Notes: generated from the letters alone by a model not told the origin. A DNA stretch of 64,000 bases from Syntrophorhabdaceae bacterium (GCA_963665295.1 OY762209.1:4288001-4352000); one strand, 5' to 3'. Counted from the first letter of the stretch, positions 27,333-37,401 are shown. Numbers and translations are program-made.

Positions 27333-27875
27333 ATGAGACAAGGTATTTACAACAAGAACCGGGGAAAACGTAACGGCGCCCTTCTCGTTGGTCTTTGCCT
27401 GGCCGTCCTCCTGCTCGTCGGGACCGCCGTTTCCACAATGGCCGCACCTAAGCGCATAGCGACAGCAAAACCGGGTGATTGCGCGGCCTGTCATGGAAGT
27501 CAGAAAGTCCTCCCCCAGGACCATAAAGATACAAAGGGGATGTCTTACCAGGGTTGTCTTGAATGCCACGAAAAGACGGGGGCCGGGAGTCTTCGCACAA
27601 AACTTCCTGCGAGCCACACCCACCAGCTTGCCGGGGTGACGTGCGTCAAATGCCACGGCAAGACCAAGACACCGAAAGAAGTCAAGATGAAGCAGTGCGT
27701 GGTCTGCCACTCCACGGATAAGGTCGCAGAGAAGACCGCGCAAGTGAAGCCGCAGAACCCGCATGAGTCGCCCCATTACGGGAAAACCCTCGACTGCAAC
27801 GTATGCCACCATCAGCATGCGAAGTCGGAGAATTTCTGCAGTCAGTGCCACAAATTCGATTTCGTAGTGCCATAG
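27333..27875 (+). CDS. Periplasmic hexaheme cytochrome c (c3-like), partner of the flavoprotein
   Basis: Signal peptide plus six CxxCH: CAACH, CLECH, CVKCH, CVVCH, CNVCH, CSQCH. Confidence 0.93.
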   Translation: MRQGIYNKNRGKRNGALLVGLCLAVLLLVGTAVSTMAAPKRIATAKPGDCAACHGSQKVLPQDHKDTKGMSYQGCLECHEKTGAGSLRTKLPASHTHQLAGVTCVKCHGKTKTPKEVKMKQCVVCHSTDKVAEKTAQVKPQNPHESPHYGKTLDCNVCHHQHAKSENFCSQCHKFDFVVP

Positions 27876-28052
27876 GCAAGAATATGTAATTATTTTAATT
27901 ATATAGGGCAACTTCTTCACAACTTGTGTCAGGTAATTTATGACCTGCGGGCCCTCAAGAATAAACCGCCCTCCTGAGAAGGGGACATGGGCTCGACCTT
28001 CGAACTCCACGAGGTCGGGAACCGGCACTCCAGTCTCAGAAGGGCGGTTCTT

Positions 28053-28625
28053 TTACTCGACCCAAGCCGTGAGCGAATATCTCCACCCGCACCGGTCAAT
28101 CCGCGCGGTAAGGCCGTAACCAGCGAGGAACCGTTTCAGTGTCTCAGGGCTGAAGAAGCCGGCGGGTTCCCCGATCAGTCTCTCCGCAACAGAGATAAAC
28201 CTGCCCGCCATGTGATCCGGGTCAATGTCAAATACAAACAGAACGCCTCCACGCTTCATAACCCGCACTGATTCCTGGAGCGCGTTACCGACATTGTCAA
28301 AATGATGAAGTGCGTCGCCTGTAAAGACCGCATCGAACAGCCCGGTCTTGAACGGCATCTCTTCGGCAACGCCGGCCACCCTCCCCAGGGCAGGCCTCCC
28401 CTGCCTGAGCATCCCCATGGCGGGATCCAGCACCACACAGCGCAGGTCTCTCTTCCTCCGGAGCGCAAGATCCGCAAGTATTCCTGTGCCGCCTCCCAGA
28501 TCGAGCACCAGGGCCTCCGGCCCCAGCGAATTTACCACTTCCCCCAGGCGGTCGCGCACCTTTTGCGGGTACATGGCGTTCCCGAACCTCTTGAAGAGAA
28601 AACCCAGTCGGTTAAAGGGCATCAT
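28053..28625 (-). CDS. Class I SAM-dependent methyltransferase (UbiE-like)
   Basis: VLDLGGGTG; VLDP..GML; GVAEEMPF..FDAV..DALHHF; RVMKRGG. Confidence 0.88.
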   Translation of the reverse strand: MMPFNRLGFLFKRFGNAMYPQKVRDRLGEVVNSLGPEALVLDLGGGTGILADLALRRKRDLRCVVLDPAMGMLRQGRPALGRVAGVAEEMPFKTGLFDAVFTGDALHHFDNVGNALQESVRVMKRGGVLFVFDIDPDHMAGRFISVAERLIGEPAGFFSPETLKRFLAGYGLTARIDRCGWRYSLTAWVE

Positions 28626-28691
28626 ATATACACCATAATACGAGGTTTCGTAATTGTGAAGCCGCCGGTTGAGTCGAATCCGGAAGCAGGA

Positions 28692-30038
28692 TCAAAGACT
28701 GTCCGACGGACGCCGGATCAGGGTTATGTGCAGGTCCATGACATTGGTGCCCGTGGGGCCCGTCATGAACAGGCCGCCGCTTTGTTTAAAAAAATTATAG
28801 GAATCATTATTGTTCAGGTACCATTCCGGGTCGAGTCCCAATTCCCTTGCGCGGGTCACGGTAGACCCGTCGACGATCGCGCCCGCCGCATCGGTGGGTC
28901 CGTCGGTCCCGTCGGTACCTGCGGAAAGAAAAGTGATGCCCTCGACACCTTCGATTTCCATGGCAAACGCCAGGGCAAGCTCCGTATTTCTCCCTCCCAA
29001 GCCCTTTCCTGTTACCGTCACCGTGGGTTCTCCGCCCGAAATGAGGCATCCTTCCCTACCCCCGGGGCCTTCTGCACTCCTCAACACCTCAAGACGTTTC
29101 TTCGCCCTGTCCGCGAGTCGGCGCGCAACAGTCCTGGCTTCGCCCTCTATTTCGGTAGACAGCACCTCGGAAGAATAGCCCAAAGCCTCCGCCTTTTCCT
29201 TTGCCGTATTAGTCGCCATTTTGTTGTTTCCCACGATAATGTTGTCCACCCCTGCAAAAATAGGGTTTCCCTCTTTCGGGGTCTCCGGCTCCTTCCCTTC
29301 CGTGCCTCTCCTCAGCAGGGTGAGGACGGACCGGGGCGTCTCTTCAACCAATCCATATTTTGCGATCACCTCACAGGCGTCTGCATAGGTGGTATTGTCG
29401 GGGGCCGTGGGTCCCGACGCAATCACGTCCAGCCTGTCCCCTATGACATCCGAAAGGATGAGGGACAGGGTTTTCCCGGGATGTATGAGGCCGGTAAGTC
29501 TCCCGCCCTTCACCGCGGAGATGTGTTTTCTCACGGCGTTAATCTCATTGATACCCGCCCCTCCCTTGAGAAGCAATCTCGTAACCTCCTGCTTCTCCGC
29601 CAGGGTTACATCCCCGTAAGGAGCAACGAAGAGCGCCGAGCCTCCCCCCGAGATAAGGCACGTAACGAGAGTGCGGGGGTCACCCCGGGCCACCATCGCC
29701 ATAGCCTGCTTCGTCGCTGCGTATCCCTTCAGGTCAGGGACAGGGTGTCCCGCTTCCCGGACAACAATGCGGTCCGGCAGGGCATCCCGGCCTGTGTGGC
29801 CGTATTTGGTGATCACCATTCCAGAGATGATCGCATCGCGGGCATGGTCGATAAGAGCCCTCGTCATTGGATATGCCGCTTTGCCGAAGCTTATAAGGAT
29901 TATCTTGTGAAAACGACCGGATCTGAAAAAGGAGGTAACCATTTCTGCGTGGGACTTCACCGCCTGATAAGGGTCGACCGCCTCCAGAGCAGCGTAAAAG
30001 ATGTCTCTTACCGCATCCTTTTGTTCCGTACCGCTCAT
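28692..30038 (-). CDS. Glycerate kinase type 2 (MOFRL family)
   Basis: GKAAYPM, EAGHPVPD, LISGGGSAL, RKHISAVKGG, SDVIGD, GGRNTE, GTDGTDGPT, TGPTGTNVMD; ATG 30038 with AGGAG RBS. Confidence 0.93.
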   Translation of the reverse strand: MSGTEQKDAVRDIFYAALEAVDPYQAVKSHAEMVTSFFRSGRFHKIILISFGKAAYPMTRALIDHARDAIISGMVITKYGHTGRDALPDRIVVREAGHPVPDLKGYAATKQAMAMVARGDPRTLVTCLISGGGSALFVAPYGDVTLAEKQEVTRLLLKGGAGINEINAVRKHISAVKGGRLTGLIHPGKTLSLILSDVIGDRLDVIASGPTAPDNTTYADACEVIAKYGLVEETPRSVLTLLRRGTEGKEPETPKEGNPIFAGVDNIIVGNNKMATNTAKEKAEALGYSSEVLSTEIEGEARTVARRLADRAKKRLEVLRSAEGPGGREGCLISGGEPTVTVTGKGLGGRNTELALAFAMEIEGVEGITFLSAGTDGTDGPTDAAGAIVDGSTVTRARELGLDPEWYLNNNDSYNFFKQSGGLFMTGPTGTNVMDLHITLIRRPSDSL

Positions 30039-30078
30039 ATCTCCTCTACGGTATGCCGTCTTGAACCACCCGGGCGTC

Positions 30079-30912
30079 TCATACGTCAATCGGTTTGAAT
30101 ATGAGTACTATGCCCATGACGACAAACACCATGGTCTCAGCGGCGGGTCCCCAGAACCTCCCGGTTATGGCCATGACCATACCAAGAAGAAAGGCGGACA
30201 CAAAGGTGCCCCTCACGTTCCCGAGACCGCCCACAAGGACCACTGCAAAACTGATAAGAAGGACCATCATGCCCATGTAAGGATGGACTGATGTAATAGG
30301 CGCGTAAAGAACCCCGCCCAAAGCCGCAAGGCAGCTTCCAATGATGAATATGTAGGAAAAGTACTTGTCCACGCTTATGCCGAGACCGCGTACCGCGTCC
30401 TTATCCTCGAGAGAGGCCACTACGATCTTTCCCACCATGGTCTTCTTGAAGAAGATGGAGAGACCGAGGAATATGACGATGGCGAGGGCGATAATGATCA
30501 GTCTGTAAAGGGGGAGCGTTACTCCCGCCAGGGAAATATCTATTCCCACAGGGTCGGAAAGGGGAATAGGCGCCGCGCCCCATATCCATTTTATGAGGTC
30601 GATTCCGATGAGGACCACCGCATAGGTGGCGATAATGGCGTAGTCAATAGAAACCCCGTAAAGCTTTCTTATCACGAAGCGCTCAATTACATAGCTTACC
30701 GGGACCACCGCGGCCACCGCCAGCGCGGCTCCGAGAATAAAGTTCTCTCTCACCACCGGCAGGGCGGTTACCAGCAGATATGCGCCCACCGTATATATAA
30801 GACCGTGGGCAAAATTAACGATCCTCATCGTCCCGAAAGTGAGAGACAGGCCTATGCTTATAATGTAAAGGATAGCCCCGATTGTCAGTCCGTACGCGAT
30901 TGTATTTATCAT
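30079..30912 (-). CDS. Branched-chain amino acid-type ABC transporter permease (LivH-like)
   Basis: GLSLTFGTMRIVNFAHG; multiple TM; VLVGGLG. Confidence 0.92.
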   Translation of the reverse strand: MINTIAYGLTIGAILYIISIGLSLTFGTMRIVNFAHGLIYTVGAYLLVTALPVVRENFILGAALAVAAVVPVSYVIERFVIRKLYGVSIDYAIIATYAVVLIGIDLIKWIWGAAPIPLSDPVGIDISLAGVTLPLYRLIIIALAIVIFLGLSIFFKKTMVGKIVVASLEDKDAVRGLGISVDKYFSYIFIIGSCLAALGGVLYAPITSVHPYMGMMVLLISFAVVLVGGLGNVRGTFVSAFLLGMVMAITGRFWGPAAETMVFVVMGIVLIFKPIDV

Positions 30913-31901
30913 GGTAGCCTCGTCGTTGCGTTGGCTTTACCCTTGAATCGTTCCACTATGTACCCCCAGATCCCCGTTCTGAACCGGAATACTATAATGA
31001 GCAGGGCAAAACCGAGAAACATCTCCCATCTCGGGATATAGGACGCGAGATAGTTGCTGAGGGTCATATAGAGGACCCCCCCTATTATGGCGCCGTAGAG
31101 GCTTCCCGCCCCGCCTATGAGGGCCGCAAATATTACTTCCACCGCCCTTGACGGGTCGATAAAGCTCGGCGTGACATACCCGTAGTTCAGGATAGACAGG
31201 GCCCCTGCAAAGGCCGAGATGGAGGTAGATATTATGAAGGTCACCCACTTGTATGCGAATGTGTTGTATCCAAGGAATTTGACACGGGTTTCGTTTTCCT
31301 TTATCGATCTTATGAGTACGCCGTACGGTGAAGACGTAAGCTTCTTCAACAGGTAAAAGGTGGCGAGGAGACACAGGAGGACAAATCCGAATATGATGGG
31401 CTTCTTTCCGAAATCCACGAAACCCATCTTGCTGAAATAGGCCGACATGCCATCCTCTCCTCCGGTATACCTCGAAAAGGCTACGATCACGAGGAAATAA
31501 CCCACCTGGTCGAATGCCAGGTTGATAAGGGCAAAGCACGCGCCCGAGGTCCTCACGATGATCGGTCCAAGAATGATCCCCACCAGTGCTCCGGCACAGA
31601 TTCCCGCAAGGATGGCGAGAAAAGGGTTTTTTGATACATGTTCCGTGAAGAGAGTGAGTGCGTACGCCCCTGTCCCGAGATAGAGCATGTGACCGAACGA
31701 AAGCCGACCCATGTACCCGTAAAGCAGGTTGTAACCCAATACAAACACGCAGAATATTATGAAATCCGTCGTCCGGTTGAGGCCCAGAACAGGGAGCAGG
31801 GCCACGAAGCCCGCGGCGATTATCACAATATCAATAAAACTTCTCGGGCCGGTTGTTTTGTACAGACTTTCCTTATTCTGCAGCCTGTTCACCTGCTCCA
31901 T
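30909..31901 (-). CDS. Branched-chain amino acid-type ABC transporter permease (LivM-like); start approximate
   Basis: GYNLLYGYMGRLSFGH; TGGEDG; SPYG...IKENETR..FLGY. Confidence 0.9.
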   Translation of the reverse strand: MEQVNRLQNKESLYKTTGPRSFIDIVIIAAGFVALLPVLGLNRTTDFIIFCVFVLGYNLLYGYMGRLSFGHMLYLGTGAYALTLFTEHVSKNPFLAILAGICAGALVGIILGPIIVRTSGACFALINLAFDQVGYFLVIVAFSRYTGGEDGMSAYFSKMGFVDFGKKPIIFGFVLLCLLATFYLLKKLTSSPYGVLIRSIKENETRVKFLGYNTFAYKWVTFIISTSISAFAGALSILNYGYVTPSFIDPSRAVEVIFAALIGGAGSLYGAIIGGVLYMTLSNYLASYIPRWEMFLGFALLIIVFRFRTGIWGYIVERFKGKANATTRLP

Positions 31902-32006
31902 CCTCCTATGCCTTCCTTTAGTGGGGTCCGGCGGCTCTATCCGGGCGGATCGCACGCATGCCCGGATGGGGTCCGTCGAACCCCGGGGGGAAGTATAATC
32001 CTTAAC

Positions 32007-32669
32007 CTAGACGAGACTGTTCAGAAAATCCTTGTAATTCATAACCTGTCCAATTTTCGGGAAAATATACTTTTCAGCGTACTCCTGCTCCGTGTCGGTG
32101 TCGGTTCCCGTGCAATCGCCGATGACGATGACTCTGTAGCCTTTGTCGTAAGCCGACCGGGAAGTGGACTCGACGCACCAGTTTGTATGGAATCCCACAA
32201 TTGCCACCCACTCGATCATGTTCACCCTCAACGTGTAATCGAGGGCAGTGGACCAGAAGGCATCGAGGGTCTTCTTGCCCCTCACTATCAGGTCACCTTG
32301 TTTAGGTGTCAGTTCCGGTATTATTTCCGGACCGGGAGTTCCCGCCACCCATGCGCCTGTCACCGCTTTCCCGTGAATCTGCCATCCCGTGGGCATGTCA
32401 ATCTCAAGTCCACGGAGACCGCCCATGCCTGGCCCCTCCTTGTCTATTTCGGGAAATCCCGGCTCAAAGGCCTCGAAGGGCACATAGATGATCTTTTTCA
32501 CCTTTCCTCTCGCCTTGCCGATCAGGTCAACCAGATTGGGTATTACGTTCCGTTTTTCAAGCTGCTCCGCAATGAACTGGTACATGGAACCACCCGGCTT
32601 CAGGAAATCGTACTGCGGCTCAATCAACACTATAGCGGTTTTTGACGCCTCGATCTTTTGTCCATTCAT
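32007..32669 (-). CDS. Isochorismatase-family cysteine hydrolase
   Basis: TAIVLIEPQYDF; GKKTLDAF; GFHTNWCVESTSRSAYDKGY. Confidence 0.88.
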   Translation of the reverse strand: MNGQKIEASKTAIVLIEPQYDFLKPGGSMYQFIAEQLEKRNVIPNLVDLIGKARGKVKKIIYVPFEAFEPGFPEIDKEGPGMGGLRGLEIDMPTGWQIHGKAVTGAWVAGTPGPEIIPELTPKQGDLIVRGKKTLDAFWSTALDYTLRVNMIEWVAIVGFHTNWCVESTSRSAYDKGYRVIVIGDCTGTDTDTEQEYAEKYIFPKIGQVMNYKDFLNSLV

Positions 32670-32680
32670 GATTGTCCTCC

Positions 32681-33370
32681 TTACAAATATTGTTCCAATT
32701 TATTTTTGTTCCCTATTTCGGACTTGTCCGTAAGCTCCATTATGACCTTCCCTTCACGCATCATAGTCACTTTATCCGCGAGCATGCCCACAACAGAGAG
32801 GTTTTGTTCGACTATTATCATGGAAACTTTGCCCTTCATCATTGCAAGAACGTTCAATATATCGTTTATCGTCCCCGCTGCCAACCCTTCGGTGGGCTCA
32901 TCAATAAGAAGAAGTCTCGGATTGCCTATCAGCGCCCGTCCTATGAGGAGTATCTGCCTCTGCCCTCCACTCAGACTCCCTGCCCTCGAGTCCAGGAATT
33001 TCTCGATCTTCGGATAGATACTCACCACCTTTCCTATGGCATCGGACATCTTCTCTTTTGTGGGATACGCGGCCAGCTCAAGGTTCTCCCTTACTGTAAG
33101 CTGAGAAAAAACCCTCTTGTCCTGAAAAACATAACGGATGCCCATGAGGGCGATCTTTTCCGGCAGGACACCTGTAATCTCCTTTTCCTCAAAAACGATG
33201 GACCCTCCGGAAGGTCTCAGGAAACCCGCAATCGACTTAAGCAGCGTCGTCTTTCCCGCACCGTTCCGTCCCGCGACAAATGCCATCTCGCCGTCCGCCA
33301 CGCTGAGACCTATCCCGTGAAGAACCTTGGCGTGCCCATAGGAAACATCCAGGTTTCTTACACTGAGCAT
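32681..33370 (-). CDS. ABC transporter ATP-binding protein (LivF-like)
   Basis: GRNGAGKTT; LSGGQRQ; LLIDEPTEGL. Confidence 0.93.
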   Translation of the reverse strand: MLSVRNLDVSYGHAKVLHGIGLSVADGEMAFVAGRNGAGKTTLLKSIAGFLRPSGGSIVFEEKEITGVLPEKIALMGIRYVFQDKRVFSQLTVRENLELAAYPTKEKMSDAIGKVVSIYPKIEKFLDSRAGSLSGGQRQILLIGRALIGNPRLLLIDEPTEGLAAGTINDILNVLAMMKGKVSMIIVEQNLSVVGMLADKVTMMREGKVIMELTDKSEIGNKNKLEQYL

Positions 33371-34137
33371 ACCAGACCCTCCTCTTTCCCCCAGTACACT
33401 TCCCGCACCAGGGCGTTACACAGGACTTCTTCCGGTAGGCCCTGGGCTATCAGCCTGCCTTCATGCATGACACAAAGCCTGTCAACGAGACTCACAATTC
33501 TCGATATCTTGTGCTCGATAAGGAGGAGGGAGAACTTATCCTTCACCCCTTCGATAATCTTTGAGACTTCCACTATTTCGGAATCGCTCAAACCGGCAAA
33601 AGGTTCGTCAAGAAGCAATACCTTCGGATTGAGCGAAAGGGCAACGGCTATCTCCAGTTTCCGTTTGTCCCCGTAGGAAAGCTCAGATGTCATAAGGTAC
33701 GCTTTATGGGCAATCCCCATGGTCTCAAGAGCCTTGAGACATATGTCGGCTATGTGGGACTGGTGCGCGTCGGCAAAGAAGAACCTTCCTGCCGATCCGT
33801 GGGTCTTGCCGAACCTGATCGTGGAGAGTATCAGATTATCCATGACAGGCAAAGAATCAAAGACAGAGACAAGTTGAAAGGTCCTCACGAGTCCCATCAT
33901 CACCCTTTTATGAGGCGGAACAGCAGTGATCTCCTTGCCTGCGAAGAAGATCCGGCCCTCAGTGGGCGGGAAAAGTCCCGTAAGGAGGTTGAAAAAGGTT
34001 GTCTTGCCTGCCCCGTTCGGACCGATTATCCCTATAGCCTCGCCTTCGGTCATCTGAAAGTCTACGCCGTCAACGGCAGCCAATCCGTTAAACCGGATCG
34101 TGACCCCTTTTGTCTCTATAAAGCCATGATCTTTCAT
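33358..34137 (-). CDS. ABC transporter ATP-binding protein (LivG-like)
   Basis: [34 protein letters not shown]. Confidence 0.93.
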   Translation of the reverse strand: MKDHGFIETKGVTIRFNGLAAVDGVDFQMTEGEAIGIIGPNGAGKTTFFNLLTGLFPPTEGRIFFAGKEITAVPPHKRVMMGLVRTFQLVSVFDSLPVMDNLILSTIRFGKTHGSAGRFFFADAHQSHIADICLKALETMGIAHKAYLMTSELSYGDKRKLEIAVALSLNPKVLLLDEPFAGLSDSEIVEVSKIIEGVKDKFSLLLIEHKISRIVSLVDRLCVMHEGRLIAQGLPEEVLCNALVREVYWGKEEGLVCSV

Positions 34138-34158
34138 AATCCCTCGTTCAAAGGATCA

Positions 34159-34185
34159 GAGGGGCGCGACTGCGCCGCGCCCCTC
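34159..34185 (-). terminator. Hairpin after the substrate-binding protein gene (mRNA stabiliser/attenuator)
   Basis: GAGGGGCGCG-actgcgc-CGCGCCCCTC. Confidence 0.55.
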
Positions 34186-34190
34186 ATTCA

Positions 34191-35450
34191 TTAATACCCC
34201 AGAGAAGAGAGGCTCGGGAGGTAATCTTCGCCCGTATAGGCGCCGATGACCTTCACGAGGTCCCACTTTTTGTCCTTTCTCTCTTTTGCGCCTTTGCCCA
34301 TTACCACGTATGCCCCGTATTTAAAGAGCGGTTCGTGGTCGGCTCTCCAGACTCCCTGTCCCTTCATGGAGTCGAACCTGGGATTTGCCATCAGGGCCTT
34401 TGCCATGGCTTTTCCATCTGTTGACTGAGCAAGTTCCATCGCCCGCACCGCTTCTTTGACTCCTTCATAAGCCATGGCCGAATACGGGTCCGGGGGATAC
34501 TTGTATTCCTTCTCGAATTTCTTCGCAAAAGCATCCGAACTCTTCACGATAGCCGCATCAGGAAAGCCTTTCATATCATAGTACCAGGACATGAGCGAGT
34601 ATACACCTTCGAGGGCTTCCGGCGGAACGCCGCTTCCGAAAGCATTCGTCATCCAGTCAAACCATATCTTCGTCTTCTTCTTCAGACCTGTCTCATAGGT
34701 CTGTTTCAGCACGTTGATCGCGTCCACGCCCCAATGGGCCAGCATAACTATATCCGGTTTCTTCTCGCCGATCTTCAACAGATAGGAGGTGTAATCGCTC
34801 GTCCCTACCGGTGACTCCACATATTCCACCTTTATGCCGCGCTTCTCAAAAGCGGCCTTTGCCCCTGCCCACTGATCACGCCCGAAGGCATAGGCAGGCC
34901 CGAAGAATATGATGTTCTTGTAACCCAGTTTGTCAACTATATAGGAGGCTCCCGCGTATCCGGCCGAGTATGCGCTGCCGTGAACTGCAAAGGTGGTCTC
35001 CGCTATTTCATTCTTCTCGAACATGGTAGCCGCTACAACGTTCACCGGAAAGTACGCGATGGGGGTCTTTTTTACCTCCTTGTTCAAGGCCGCGGACAAG
35101 GGGGCAAAGGTCTGCCCTACTATGGCGTTCACCTTGTTCTCGTCCACCAATTCCCTGAACCGGCGTATGGCGATATCCGGCTTCGATTCATCGTCTTTCA
35201 CAAAGAACTCGATGGGGATCTTCTTTCCGCCCATCTTCACCCCGCCGGCAGCGTTCAATTCCTTGATGGCGAGTTTTGCTCCGTCAAGCTGAAGCGGTCC
35301 GATGGGCGACGCCGCGCCGGTAAGGCCGAACATGAGCCCGATTCTGACCTTGTCAGGCTGGGCTGCCCGAGCATTGTCCGCAATCACACCACCGGCCACG
35401 ACAAAACAGATCAGGGAAAAAATCATCAACAACTTCGTCTTTGTGCACAT
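34191..35450 (-). CDS. ABC transporter periplasmic substrate-binding protein (LivK-like)
   Basis: Signal peptide; VRIGLMFGLTG; LAIKELNAAGG; DDESKP. Confidence 0.92.
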   Translation of the reverse strand: MCTKTKLLMIFSLICFVVAGGVIADNARAAQPDKVRIGLMFGLTGAASPIGPLQLDGAKLAIKELNAAGGVKMGGKKIPIEFFVKDDESKPDIAIRRFRELVDENKVNAIVGQTFAPLSAALNKEVKKTPIAYFPVNVVAATMFEKNEIAETTFAVHGSAYSAGYAGASYIVDKLGYKNIIFFGPAYAFGRDQWAGAKAAFEKRGIKVEYVESPVGTSDYTSYLLKIGEKKPDIVMLAHWGVDAINVLKQTYETGLKKKTKIWFDWMTNAFGSGVPPEALEGVYSLMSWYYDMKGFPDAAIVKSSDAFAKKFEKEYKYPPDPYSAMAYEGVKEAVRAMELAQSTDGKAMAKALMANPRFDSMKGQGVWRADHEPLFKYGAYVVMGKGAKERKDKKWDLVKVIGAYTGEDYLPSLSSLGY

Positions 35451-35463
35451 AACGGTTGCCTCC

Positions 35464-36180
35464 TCATTTTGGTTTTATACCCGTTTCCTCTTTCCTTCCA
35501 ATAGCCTTCTCGCTGGACACCTCCTTCCAATCGGCGGTTTCCATGCTCCTTTGTATCTGAGCTATCATCTTGAGGTTATGATTACGAAAGGCAGCTTCCG
35601 CTTTCTCCTGATCCCTCAACCTGAATGCCTCGACTATCCGGACATGATCGTCGTACAGGCTCGAGAGCACCGGGCTGACGTGTGTCGCAATGGGCCTCAT
35701 TTTGTTCTTCACTGCTTCAAGCATCTCCTGAAGTATCTTGTTGCCGCTCGCTTCATACACCAAGGCATGGAAATCATAGTCCAGTCGCGAGTAGCCTATG
35801 AGGTCCTCCTTTTCCACGACCTTCTTCTGCTCCTCCACACACTTGACCATCTTCTTTACAAGTTTCTCATCCGCATTGGGAATGGCAAGCCTTGCAGCCA
35901 ATCCTTCAAGTACCTCCCGCACTGTATAAAGCTCAATGGCCATTGTGGGGGTCAGAGAAGCCATAAACACCCCGCGGTTGGGCACGTTTTCGAGCAATCC
36001 TTCCTGGATCAGCCGGTGAACCGCTTCCCATACCGGCGTCCTGCTTGCACCGACTTCCTTCGCGATCTGTTCGACGTTTATGCGCATGCCGGGGCCAAAA
36101 CGCTGGTTTGCGATCATGTCCTTAAGAATGGTATAGACCTGCCCGCTTAGCCTCTGTCTACTCACCTTCACCTGCATCAT
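35464..36180 (-). CDS. GntR-family (FCD) transcriptional regulator
   Basis: GASRTPVWEA...LIQEGL wHTH; LEGLAARLA, DYDFH, SGN, H..I FCD motifs. Confidence 0.93.
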   Translation of the reverse strand: MMQVKVSRQRLSGQVYTILKDMIANQRFGPGMRINVEQIAKEVGASRTPVWEAVHRLIQEGLLENVPNRGVFMASLTPTMAIELYTVREVLEGLAARLAIPNADEKLVKKMVKCVEEQKKVVEKEDLIGYSRLDYDFHALVYEASGNKILQEMLEAVKNKMRPIATHVSPVLSSLYDDHVRIVEAFRLRDQEKAEAAFRNHNLKMIAQIQRSMETADWKEVSSEKAIGRKEETGIKPK

Positions 36181-36186
36181 ACTCTA

Positions 36187-36214
36187 ATTATATTCACGTC
36201 AAGGATAAAGTCAA
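36187..36214 (-). promoter_or_regulatory. Sigma-70 promoter of gntR operon (probably leaderless)
   Basis: Minus strand TTGACT-N16-TATAAT; ATG begins 6 nt after the -10 box. Confidence 0.65.
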
Positions 36215-36218
36215 GTTC

Positions 36219-36250
36219 TTTCATGAAATATATTTCATATTTCATGAAAT
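36219..36250. promoter_or_regulatory. Overlapping palindromes; candidate GntR operator
   Basis: TTTCATGAAA, ATGAAATATATTTCAT and ATTTCATGAAAT built from an ATTTCAT/ATGAAAT unit, next to the -35 box. Confidence 0.6.
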
Positions 36251-36391
36251 TATTTGTACTCGCCGCGCAGTTCCTTGCAGCGTGGGGCTACAGACGAAAC
36301 GGCGCAAGGCTCGCTCCGGCCGCCGGATGAGGACAAATAATCCGAAGGCCGCCCGGTCCGGAACCGGGACGAGGGAGAAACGTTATCTGCC

Positions 36392-36420
36392 TTGAAAAAG
36401 GGGGCATAAACTGTTATTAT
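36392..36420 (+). promoter_or_regulatory. Sigma-70 promoter of thiL operon
   Basis: TTGAAA-N17-TATTAT with TG extension. Confidence 0.55.
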
Positions 36421-36432
36421 TTTTCATCAATC

Positions 36433-37401
36433 ATGGAAATCCCCGAAAATGAGCTCATAAACCGACTCAAGCGGTTCGAGAGGACGAGCAAAACGACCAT
36501 ACGGGGCATAGGGGATGACGGGGCTGTTGTCGATATGCCTCAAGGCGCCTATGTGTTCGTTCAGGATACGGTGGTCGAGCATGTCCATTTCGAGTTCGCC
36601 TTCATGGACCCCCGCGCGGTCGGCAAAAAAGCGCTTTACGTCAACGTGTCCGACATTCTCTCCATGGGTGCCCTCCCCCTTTACTTCCTTGTCACCATAG
36701 GCATACCCCCCGGCATGTCCTACCGTGACATTCTGAAGCTGTATGGGGGCATGGCGCAGGTTGCGAAAGAATTTAACCTGGACCTTCTCGGCGGCGACAC
36801 CTCGTCTGCAAAATCCGATTTCTTCATCGACGTTTCCATGGTGGGAAGAGTCGTCAATGGCGACAGGTATCTCGGAAGAAACGGCGCGCAAGAAGGAGAC
36901 CTGATCGGCGTCACGGGACCGCTCGGAGAAAGCGCGTACGGTCTTTTCCTTTTAAAAGAGGGGCGCACGCGCACAGGAAAGAACAGGTTCATCGAGCGAT
37001 ATGTGAACCCCAAGCCCCCTTACGGGGTATGGAAGGAGCTGATGGACCAGGGCATACCTTCCGGCATGATGGATATCAGCGACGGCCTCATCATCGACAT
37101 GGAAAGGATGATGAAGGAGAGCAAGAAAGGGGCGCATGTACATTTCGAACAGGTCCCCGTCCCCCACGAACTCGTCCGTCGGAAGAAGGAGACCCTCGCT
37201 CTTTCCGGTGGAGAGGATTACCAATTTCTCTTTACTTTTCCTCCGGACAGACTCGCCGCGGTTGAGACATTGCAGCAGAAGGGAGTGCCCATCTCAGTAA
37301 TCGGCCGGGTCGTAAAGGGCCGGGGGGTGAAACTCTTTAAAAATGGTCATGTTATGTCAATTACGTCAAAAGGTTATGAGCACTTTGGAGACAACACATG
37401 A
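36433..37401 (+). CDS. thiL: Thiamine-monophosphate kinase
   Basis: GIGDDGAV; NVSDILSMGA.P; GGDT; MMDISDGL; ALSGGEDYQ. Confidence 0.95.
   Translation: MEIPENELINRLKRFERTSKTTIRGIGDDGAVVDMPQGAYVFVQDTVVEHVHFEFAFMDPRAVGKKALYVNVSDILSMGALPLYFLVTIGIPPGMSYRDILKLYGGMAQVAKEFNLDLLGGDTSSAKSDFFIDVSMVGRVVNGDRYLGRNGAQEGDLIGVTGPLGESAYGLFLLKEGRTRTGKNRFIERYVNPKPPYGVWKELMDQGIPSGMMDISDGLIIDMERMMKESKKGAHVHFEQVPVPHELVRRKKETLALSGGEDYQFLFTFPPDRLAAVETLQQKGVPISVIGRVVKGRGVKLFKNGHVMSITSKGYEHFGDNT

Noticed and set aside
28302..30098. 598-aa plus-strand ORF
   Set aside because: Antisense shadow of glycerate kinase and the methyltransferase; no recognisable motifs.
31638..36150. Long plus-strand ORFs (335, 334, 282 aa and others)
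   Set aside because: Antisense to well-supported ABC, hydrolase and GntR genes.
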